From Malacoraja senta (lineage: Eukaryota), in assembly GCA_038087875.1 (NCBI GenBank), contig JAXLNO010001097.1, positions 186,001 to 230,752 of the forward strand: 44,752 nucleotides of DNA, written 5' to 3'. How positions within the stretch are numbered: the stretch's first letter is position 1; each line of letters opens with the position of its first letter. The notes beneath the pieces were generated by a model. That model ran no database searches and was not told the DNA's origin. It was given only the letters and a program-made list of their open reading frames with translations. Position numbers and translations under genes: made by a program. Positions 35,288-44,752 of the stretch are shown here, one piece after another.

Positions 35288-37787
35288 CCCTGGCCGCCTC
35301 TCCTTCCCATTTCTCCATAATAAACTTGTGTGGAGTTCCACCAAACAAGTCTAAACGGGAAGGAAACGCTCCTGTAAGTGAAAAGTAACTCACTTACCTT
35401 CCGACTTTTGTTTTACTCACCGGCTGGAGGAGCTCCTGCTCCTCCACACACGGTCATGAACGCTATGCGTCTGATCGATAATGACGCGTGTGCGGCTGGA
35501 CGGGGCTTCTTCACGTAGTCACTCACGTGACTCCGAAGTAAAATCAGCTGGGGAGGGGATGATGGGCAGATGGAGCAAAGTTGGTGTATGGGTGGTTGTG
35601 GGAGAACAAATGAACACCAGTGGTATGGATAAGCTGAAATGTGAAAACTTTATATTCATATAAAGTTACCCAGGTGGATTATCAGATATTTTACTTAAAA
35701 CTTTCTGTGCCCAAGGTTAACGACAGATGGGTCAGTGTGTGAGTGGGAAGGGGTATTAAAATACCATACAACAGATCTCAGGATGATCTTTACTTCAAAG
35801 GGATGTGCTGTACAAAATGGTTGACATCTAAGCTAGTTTCTCCACAGTGTGAGCAATGATTGCAGTAGAGAAAGTTGAAAGAGATGCAAGTGAACCTCTG
35901 TCTCATTTGAACAGTTTATTCTCCTGTTGTTCACCTCTTCCTCCTCCTCTCCTACCTGTTTCCATCCACCCATTATCCTCTCGCCACCTGGTTCTACGTT
36001 TGATCTACCAGCCTCTGTCCTATCCCTCCCTGATTGCTATATATTGGCAATTCATCCTCTTCCCTCACAGGCCTGGTGCAGGTTCTTGACCCTATTTGTG
36101 ACATCAACCATTTGTCCCAATAATTTTGCTTGAGCCATTGAATGCTTTCAGTCTTCTGTTTTTAGTTGCAGATTCCATTAGCTACAGTCATTATTGGATA
36201 GAATATATTTTGTTTTAACACTGCATTTAGTCTGAGACACAGCACCAATAAATGTTGTTACATAACGCTTGGTTATTTGATGTCAAAAGTCTTGATTGTT
36301 TGTACTTTGTACATTTCTAATCTAATGCAAAGAATTTATCATCCATATGAATATAAAATTGTCCACAGTGACTGGTGGCACAGTGATCAAGTTCATTTTA
36401 TGTGGCTCATTTGGTACAAGTTCTGCTCTTGAGATTTCACCTAATAATAGTTGCCTGTAGAATGTGTTTGATGAATAGACCATTGCGTATAAGATTTTTG
36501 GAAATAGATTGGCATGAAATCCAAGTAAACACATTGGATTGCACCCTGTTTTATAGTGGCTTCATGTTGCCAAGTAAAGGCAAGATATATGGAATGTGCA
36601 AGATATAATATGAAAGATATAATATGCAAGGCGCAAAATTAAATTGTTGTTAAGAAAATGTAAGGCCTCCATTTATTTGCAACAGCATCAATCACAGTAT
36701 TCTTACGTCAAAGTTGATTTTGTATTTTTTAAAGAATGAATGGGAACAAAATGATCAAAAATGAATTGGCAGTCAAAGTAATACAAGGTTGTAGTGGAGA
36801 CAAGTGTGTAGGAACAGGCCACTCTGCCTATCCTGCCAATACTGGTGCATATGGTCCACATGAGCCTCTTCCCACCTTATGCGATCTGCAACATGGTTGG
36901 CAAGTCTATGCTGGATTCTCCAATGTAGAACCGACTATTCTTTTCTCTTTTGTGTTTGCCCAGCCTTCCCCTAAATGCAATTCATTGATCTGGATCCTCA
37001 TTCTCACCTGTATTGGGTGGGAGGGGAGGAGAGGGAGCATTCTCTGTAGAATTCCCTGCTGGATTTTATGGTGGAAATGTTTTCACCATAGTGATTCATT
37101 TAAAAGCTTTATGTATTTTAATATCTCCCTTCAGCCACTTCTCAAAGGGGTGGAGGGCAGGGGGTGGATGACTTACCCAGGGACATTTGATGACCGTGTT
37201 TTGTTTATTTTATCCAAACATTTTTTAATATAGATTAATATAGTATTTTTTTTTGTATCTTGGGTAAGCACATTGAAATAGCAATGGATGGCGTGTTCAG
37301 AAAATTATTTCTGATTTGTCCTCGCTTTGTGAACACCAAACCAATGTATGCAGCTGCAAAAAGTCATTGGCAGCAGGGTCTCAGTTCCTTTTAAGCATCC
37401 CAGTTATCATGTTCTTCGATGCAGAGGAAATGTGGCCACGATAAATACAAAAATGTTGAAATGCAGAATATAAAAGTAATAGGAATTCAGGCATTTGAGC
37501 CTCAACTATTATTCCATGTGATCAATTGTGACATAAAATTTATACCTTGATCCTTTTATTTCTCTGATCCTTTGACCATACAAATAACATATAACTCCTT
37601 GTATAAATTCAATGATCTGTGTTCAACTGCTTCCAGTGGTATAACATTCCACACCTTCATCATTCTGTGGGAGAAGTAATCGCTCTTCATCTCAACTTGA
37701 AGCCTGATCATCAGATTGTGACCACTGGGTCCTGAACTGACCGGATTTCCCTCTTGAATATATGTATGCGTACTTTTCTACACATAT

Positions 37788-37788
37788 A

Positions 37789-37821
<33 letters not shown>

Positions 37822-37822
37822 G
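37788..37822. repeat. Compound (TG)n(TA)n microsatellite
   Basis: Directly visible in the sequence. Confidence 0.9.
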
Positions 37823-39954
37823 TGCACATTGATTTTGTTTTTCTCTTTCTCGTTTTTCATATTGTTTACCATGTACTATGTTTACATATTCCGTTGTGCT
37901 GCAGCGAGTAAGAATTTCATTATATTATCTGGGACATATGACAATAAAATACTCTTGACTCTCTTCAATCTGTACAGACCCATAAGAATGTTGTAGTTGA
38001 TTTTGAATGGTCCTAATCACAATGTAAAACTAATCGCCCAAATCGCCCTTCATACATTAGTCCTCCCATCCCTGAAATCTGATCAACCTTCACGGCACTC
38101 CCTCCATAACAAGAACATTCTTCTTAAGATCAGGAGACTAAAACTGCAGATGCCATGGTCTTGGCAAGCACATTTCTCAGAATAACATGATGTATCTTTA
38201 GAAAGGGATAAGGAGGAATCTCAAGAGTCAGAGGGTGGTGAATCACATATTAAGTTCTTGGAGCTCTGGAAAATTATCAATCTTTGATGGGAAGAATGGA
38301 TAGGGAGGCTGCTCACTTTGCTGGAGGGTTTGAGAGTGGACAAGGAATTCTATGCAACGTGCGTTTGGAATATCAAGTGTATGGCACGTAGATGTTGTGT
38401 AATTGGCTCCATTATGCCCTTAGTGCATTGGAAAAGGTAAACGGGGTTTTCACCTAAGATGACATTTTCTGCTAACTGCACTTTATGGTAAGCAAGTAGG
38501 CTGGCTTTGGGAAACAATTAGATGATTGAGGGCTCACTTAGAATAACTGGGAAATGATGGAGCAGCCTACAAGGATATTTATTGTAGCTAAAGGATAAGT
38601 TAAACCTTTCTTTTCTCCGAGACATGCAAGAATAGCACGGTGCTTGATTTAATGCAGAACCTTTGAAGGACAGTGGCTGGGCCTGCAAGATCTCCACACC
38701 AGCCATCATAAATAGGAGTCTCCAATGGGAAGAAGACTGTGAGACTTGATGGTATTTGCCACGGCTTCTATCATTTAACACATTGAGCTGAAAGCCATGA
38801 GATTCATTGCTTTTTTAATGCTTTGTCTTGTAATTTGACGTAATAAAGATAGTCATTTGTACCCTTGAAATTTTCTTTCTCCGTTCATTGATCCAAATCC
38901 TATTTATGTTTCATCACAAAGAGAGAATTGGATAAACTAATTGTGAGCAAAAACATGCAAAACTACAGTCTAAGGGCTGGGGTTGAACGTGATTTTCTCC
39001 AGTAGAGAGGTGGCATTGGCCTGATAGGATGAATGGTCTCCATCAGCACAGTAAACATTTAAATGATCCATTGATTTGTATTTATCATCGTATATCAAAT
39101 AAACTTATGGATACGGAAGGAGAAATATTTTGGCCTGTTTATATGGTGCAAAATAACCCACCCCAGAACAATAAATAGTTGTGAATTTACACTTAATATT
39201 ACCTGTCACTGAAGCAGAGTGCAGAGGTTCTCAAATTCATTTAAGAAATAGTATTAAGGCGACTGTATAGAAAATGGTGGGTATTGCTTGGCGGCAAGAT
39301 GGGAGTAGTATTGTAGTGGTTGTGATGAGGTGTTTTGATGGCAGTGATCATAATTTAGCATGATTAAAGTAGCAATGTACACTAGGAACGCAGGTTCGCA
39401 GCTGAGGTGAAAACATTTCCAAGACTGCAACATAATTTAACAGAAATGTAATACAAAATGTAATAAAATAGGGCAATTAAATGGTGACAGTTAACAGATC
39501 TCTGGCGATACTAGAAACTGCAGATATTGGATCGTTGAGCAAAACTGTTGGAGGAACACAGTGGGTCAGGCCACATCTGTGGGATGGAATGAACCAACGA
39601 CAATTCAGGCTGGAACTCTTGTTCAGACTGGTGACTTCAAAACGTTGTCAGTCGATTCCCACCACAGATGCTGCCTGACCCACTGAATTCTTCATGCACT
39701 TTGTTTTTAACACACCAGCTGGAAAGAGTCCAGAGAAGATTTACAAGGAGACTTGATAGTGGCATTTGAAGTCTTTAGAAAGGCATAGATATGCAGGGAA
39801 AGGATGGATATGGAACATGTGTTGGTGGAGGAGATTAGTTCAACTTGGCATCACGTTTGGAACAGAAGGTGTGGCCCCAAGGGCCTGTTCCAATGCTGAA
39901 CTGTTCTGCAAGTCACTGAGTCTCTGTTCAGGGAGGGTGAGGTTGAGAAGGCTC

Positions 39955-40625
39955 TGATTTCAATAGAAAATAGGTGCAGGAGTAGGCCATTCGATCCTTC
40001 GAGCCAGCACCGCCATTCAATGTGATCATGGCTGATCATCCCCAATCAGTACCCCGTTCCTGCCTTCTCCCCATATCCCCTGACTCCACTATTTTTAAGA
40101 GCCCTATCTAGCTCTCTCTTGAAAGCATCCACTGCCCTCTGAGGCAGAGAATTTCACAGACTCACCACTCTCTGTGAGAAAAAGTGTTTCCTCGTCTCCG
40201 TTCTAAATGGCTTACTCCTTATTCTTAAACTGTGGTCCCTGGTTCTGGAAATGTGGCCCCTGGTTCTGGATTTCATTCCTTAGAGTGCAAAAGGATGGGG
40301 TGATCTGAAAGAGGTTTACAAAATTATGTGAGCAATCAATCAGGTAAATGCGCTTGAGTTTTTTGCCCACAATAGGGGACTCGAGAACCAGAGGATATAG
40401 ATTTACGGTGAGAGGTGGGTGAGTGTGGAGATTTAATAGGAACCTGGGGATAACATTTTTACACAAAGAGTGGTGGGTATATGGAACGAGCTGCCAGAGG
40501 AGGAGGTTGAGACAGGTACTATCATAACAATAAATATACAATTGGACAGGTACATGCATAGGATAGGTTTAGAGGGTTATGAGCCAAGCGTGGGGAGTTG
40601 GGACTAATGTAGATGGGGCATGCTG
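39955..40625. mobile_element. Two opposed CR1 3' fragments
   Basis: A minus-strand CR1 tail at 39955-40250 meets a plus-strand CR1 fragment at about 40270-40625, with a ~21-bp tandem duplication (TGTGGYCCCTGGTTCTGGA) at the junction. Confidence 0.75.
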
Positions 40626-40824
40626 TGCCGAAAAGCCCATTTCGACGCAGTCTTACTAGGGGCAATTTACAAAGGGCAATTAACCGATAAACCTGCACGA
40701 GTTTGGAATGTGGGTGGAGACCAGCGCCCGGAGAAAACCCACGTACGACGTTCACACAGACAGCGTCCGTAGTCGGGATCAAACCCGGGTCTCTGACGCT
40801 GCGAGGCATCCGTTCGACTGCTGC

Positions 40825-41063
40825 GAATTTTGTTTGTATTTTCTGATTTAAATCAAAGATGTTGGTATAGATATGAGTTCCATGTTTAGGAAATGTGTGA
40901 ATGTCAGCAAAGTTGTTTGCAGGTGTAGTATTAGGCAAGATGTAAACTGCCTTGTCATTCAATAACATTACCAAGCTAACTCCTCCGCCATCAATCTCTG
41001 TTCCAATAATAATTGAATCACCGTCTTTTTGACCAGACAGTAGGACTCGCGTGAACTTGGAAG
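40825..41063 (-). pseudogene. Possible orphan MHC alpha1-type (class II alpha / W-category alpha / divergent class I) exon, truncated by a SINE
   Basis: Acceptor TTTTCCCTGCAG, phase 1, 79 stop-free codons: ASKFTRVLLSGQKDGDSIIIGTEIDGGGVSLVMLLNDKAVYILPNTTPANNFADIHTFPKHGTHIYTNIFDLNQKIQTKF. Pattern-level similarity only. Confidence 0.35.
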
Positions 41064-41774
41064 CTGCAGGGAAAATGACTAATTTGGACTGGTGTTACTT
41101 TTGGCCACTGAATGGAAGATTATAATCATTTTCCTCTGGACGGTGGAATCAACACCCTTTCGCTTTCCAAGCGGGCAATTAGTGCTGTTCTCCCTTTGAA
41201 ATCTACCGTGTAAAAATAGCACCTGCAGATCAAGATCCAAATTGACCGCCATTCTGATTTGGAAATATGTCCTGATCCTCAGTATTGCAAATGCCGAATC
41301 GCCCCATGCCGACAGAATATTGTACTGGCGCATGGAGGTCTTCAGCGGTGGAAAAAAAGATGGCTCTTCACTGTAGATGAAATGTGCATGTACCTTTAAC
41401 ATAGTGACCTCACCACTACTAACCACTCCCCACATCACTGGTATAATTACAACCTTCCCACCCAGTTCTCTCTCTCTCTAGTTCCAGTGACAGACCACGG
41501 ACAGCTAGGGCAGCAAAGTATGTTTATTATGAACAAACAGTAGTAACGATACAGTGCATTATGACCCATCTTTACATTCACCACGTAGTCAAAGGCAAAA
41601 AGGAAATGTTAATACAACCTTGCTACCTGCTTAAAATAAACACTGGGTGTTGCAATCGCTAGATACAACGTGTTGGTTTATTATTGACACGGGTAACTAG
41701 ATACAGTGAAAACCCCTTTGCGTGGTATTCAGCCAAATCATACTATGCATGAATACAATTAAGCCATACATGAG

Positions 41775-42328
41775 TGTGAGATGCAAAATCACAAACGCTT
41801 TTAGAGGCAAAGTCGGCAAAGAAGCTTTTTATTTAAATCATATTCTGCAGAATAGGTGCCTCTCCTCTGATGTCCCCTAGAGGCACACCAAGGATCGGGA
41901 TATCTTCTATCTTTATACATTTCATGGGTATCATTGTCACACCCTCATCCCTCCCCATTGAGCTTCTTCCAATCATAACATAAAGCCCACATTCCCACGA
42001 GAACGTCCTGGAACGTCCACCCGACGTCAAAGACACCTCCCATATCATGCATCGCATGTGCATTTAAATTAGGCATCTTGTCATAGTGGCTGTGTGTACA
42101 TATTCATGTAAGTTCATTAGGCATGCACAGATTTGTTTGACCTTATGTACTTTCTCTCTTTCTACTTCTCAAATCTTCTGCTGAATTTGCTACCTTTTAT
42201 CTAGAATTTCTCTCTGTTCTATATATCGTTATTTTCTATTTTACCAGCAGTCTGGCTTCTGCTGACACCACAAGCCATTTTTCTATCCCTAGTATAAATC
42301 AACCATGTCTGTTAACTCTTTCCTCACA
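41775..42328 (-). mobile_element. ERV 3' LTR (554 bp)
   Basis: TGTGAG...CTCACA inverted termini; PPT (AAAAAAGAAAAGGGTGG) just upstream; TATAAA at 41912-41917 and AATAAA at 41828-41833 on the minus strand. Confidence 0.9.
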
Positions 42329-44272
42329 ATCCACCCTTTTCTTTTTTGCTATGCAACCTTTGATTTATACTATCTTCCTTTTCTAATGCTAGCAGCAGAT
42401 TCTTCGCCTCCCTATCCCCCTCTCGTTGGTTATACTGTGTTCTGAAGGCCATCATGGTGGCGGCCCTGTTCTTTGTCAGGGCTGTTTCTATCAATCGCTG
42501 AGCCAATCCCCGTACGCAGGGAATCATACAACATCCGAACAAACACAGTAACCCCACCATGACTACCACTGATGTTAGAGCTGAGGTAAAGATGTGCTTC
42601 CATTTCCCAAACCAGGATTCTAGAAACCCAGTCCAGGAGTTGTCTACTCCAGAGTTCTCAGCCAATTCGATAGTCAGAGAGGTGAGACCTGCTAGGGCTC
42701 TTGACACTGACCCATCCGGAGCAGTGTTGTTGGGGATGAATGTGCAACATTGTTCGCCAAACATTACACACACCCCTCCCTTCTCAGCCAGTAGCATGTC
42801 CAAGGCCATGCGATTTTGCCAGGCCATTTGGCTGGTAGCTGTCAGTTGTTCCGCTAATCCTTCAACTGCATCTCGAGTGTAATTTATAAAGCGTTGTTGA
42901 TTGTAGTATAGGTAGTTGATCCAGTCCACATTTTTATTAATTGTGGACCACCAGAAGAGCATGGACTCAAAGCCCGCAGCTATCTGGTTTCTGGCTTTGA
43001 ATTCATCGGGTACCCCTCTTGTCACCCCTATCGCATCTATATATATATGTGTGTGTCGAATGATCCTTTCACCCCTCTCTTTTGTCGTTGGCTTCCTTCA
43101 TTGAGTTCTACAGCATGTTCTACTGCTATGGTGAAGGGCATCATCAGTTGTGTGAGGGTACAGGTTCCCGTCCATGACCCCAGTAACCGGGGCCACAGGG
43201 TATTCTCCCCGCACCACCACCAGACATCGGCTCTACTGACTATCTGTTTTTTTAGCCAGGAGCTATTGAACAGTGGTCCCTGTTCCTCAGCCGTTATGTT
43301 ATACGTCTGATTGCAGTTGAGCACCTTCCCCATATCCTGTCCCTCTGGGTTATTTCTTGTATAGCACTCAAACCCCTCCTCCCCAAGAGGACTGGTAAAT
43401 GGAGGAGGTCGAGGGTCTTCCCTTCGGCCCTTCATATTGTTGTTGCTGGTCGGAAATAGGTAATGATAACTCTGGCATATCACATTCTTTGGTAAGAGGG
43501 GATTCGTGAATAGCTGTAGTATACATGACATAGCCCTAGGTGTTCTATTCCAATTCAGGGGAAATGGTACTGGGACCAGCTGAGGCCTAGCTCCGGCGCA
43601 GGTGTAACAATTGGTTCATTGCATACTTCTGGCTGTGTACATCATCCAGGCAAGCCAGGTGTTGGCTCCTTTTCCCCCTGTTGGTATTCCCTTCTCATAT
43701 AACTGCCTTAATCCTGTTTCTCCTTCTACTATCATTATCTTCAGATCCTTAGACTCATTCTCCCTGGTGACTTTGCTGACTACCGGTGGTGCTGGTGTTG
43801 CCCCGGGATCCCTATTCTGACTGTCATCTATCTTCAACACCTTTCCCCTATCCTCATATCTTACCATCTCCCCATCCCGCTTCACTTCTATCTCAAACTT
43901 CAGACATGTGTCCTTCCCTGTTTTATCTGCACATATCCAATACCTACCACTTTCCTGCATTTGAACACTCTGTATGCTCACATATATACGTCCTGGCAAT
44001 TTCTCGTTCGGGTTTTGATATATTTTCCACCTATCAGTTTGATAGGTGGTTCGATGCCACCCATCTCTTGATGAAGTAAACACCGCGTGCCAATTTCTAC
44101 AGGGATGGGTGCATACATACATTCTATAGCCACACCACCATTTTCCTTTACATACATTAAATGGGATGGTGGTGGACCTTCTATTCTGTGGTATTGTGAT
44201 TTTTATGCATGTTATATTACTCACGAGTTGGGTAACCACCCAACACACGGCCCACCAACACGAAATCTTCAT
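42324..44272 (-). pseudogene. env: Gamma-type retroviral envelope (~648 aa if repaired) with an N-terminal Ig V-like domain
   Basis: Signal peptide MKISCWWAVCWVVTQLVSNITC; SU CYTC (CxxC); furin site RQKR; ISD QNRMALDMLLAEKGGVC; CX6CC; TM anchor. One in-frame TGA (43616-43618) and one +2 shift (about 43040). Confidence 0.95.
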
Positions 44273-44577
44273 TTTTCCCGCGGGTTCTTGGTAAATATTA
44301 AAGTCAATGGTTCCTCTCCTTTGCGCACAGTCCACGGGCTGATATTGTCTGGTGGGGCCTCCACAGGACCCTTAACTCGACTTGCGTGTGTCCACCCTTT
44401 CTCTTTTGTTCGCACTGCCGTCTCGGTGATTAGTAACACCAGGTAGGGTCCAGTCCACTTAGGTTGCAGCTTTTCTTCTTTCCACGTTTTTATTAATACC
44501 CAGTCTCCAGCCTTGACTGAGTGTATCGGGAAGTCCAGTGGTGGGCTCTGGGCCAGCAATCCTTTAATTTTAGTTCT
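44269..44577 (-). pseudogene. pol: Integrase C-terminal (GPY/F) remnant of pol
   Basis: GDWVLIKTWKEEKLQPKWTGPYLVLLITETAVRTKEKGWTHASRVK. Its TGA overlaps the env ATG (ATGA). Confidence 0.92.
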
Positions 44578-44752
44578 ATATCATGCATCGCATGTGCATT
44601 TAAATTAGGCATCTTGTCATAGTGGGTGTGTGTACATATTCATGTAAGTTCATTAGGCATGCGCAGATATGTTTGACCTTATGTACTTTCTCCCTTTCTA
44701 CTTACTTCTCAAATCTTCTGGTGAATTTGCTACTTTTTATCTAGAATTTCTC
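44578..44752 (-). mobile_element. U3 portion of the ERV 5' LTR, fused directly to the integrase tail
   Basis: Matches 42042-42213 with 6 substitutions and one 4-bp indel. Confidence 0.9.

Larger units (their letters stand above)
30484..35544 (-). mobile_element. Full-length DIRS1-type tyrosine-recombinase retrotransposon
   Basis: gag-like, RT-RNaseH-MT and YR ORFs. ITR core 30558-30592 pairs with 35482-35517. ICR 30710-30823 is complementary to both termini. ATT at both ends in element orientation, and no other TSD. Confidence 0.95.

Noticed and set aside
36441-36629. Minus-strand ORF with VYLDF
   Set aside because: It is best explained as an ancient CR1 RT remnant.
36736-37233. 165-aa ORF
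   Set aside because: It has no recognisable motifs, a non-AUG-quality context, and runs through repeat-tail remnants.
38518-38781. Ig exon partnering the orphan alpha1-like exon
   Set aside because: No C1-set pattern (CxVxGFxP, W, YxCxVxH) appears in any minus-strand frame examined.

Overview
Vertebrate genomic DNA, almost certainly an elasmobranch (shark, skate or ray). This is inferred from the HE1-type tRNA/CR1-tail SINEs, CR1, Penelope and fish-type L1 content. It is not prokaryotic: there are no rRNA or tRNA genes and no CRISPR array. The host gene is a + strand nonclassical MHC class I-like heavy chain. Its alpha2 exon (6348-6621) is frameshifted, its alpha3 Ig-C1 exon (13314-13580) is intact, and it has a connecting-peptide/TM exon (17370-17476) and a probable last exon at 28501; its alpha1 exon is not in the window. 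A possible orphan MHC alpha1-like exon lies on the minus strand at 40825-41063. Most of the rest is transposon-derived: a dead Buster-type hAT transposase, an Academ-like MITE, a hAT MITE carrying a captured fragment, a full-length L1 with a second L1 nested inside it, a complete DIRS1 tyrosine-recombinase retrotransposon (30484-35544) with its ITR/ICR structure, and a 186-bp solo LTR. The window ends in an internally deleted class I (epsilon-like) endogenous retrovirus. Its nearly intact env gene begins with what looks like a host-derived CD300/pIgR-type Ig V domain, which is the most interesting observation here.
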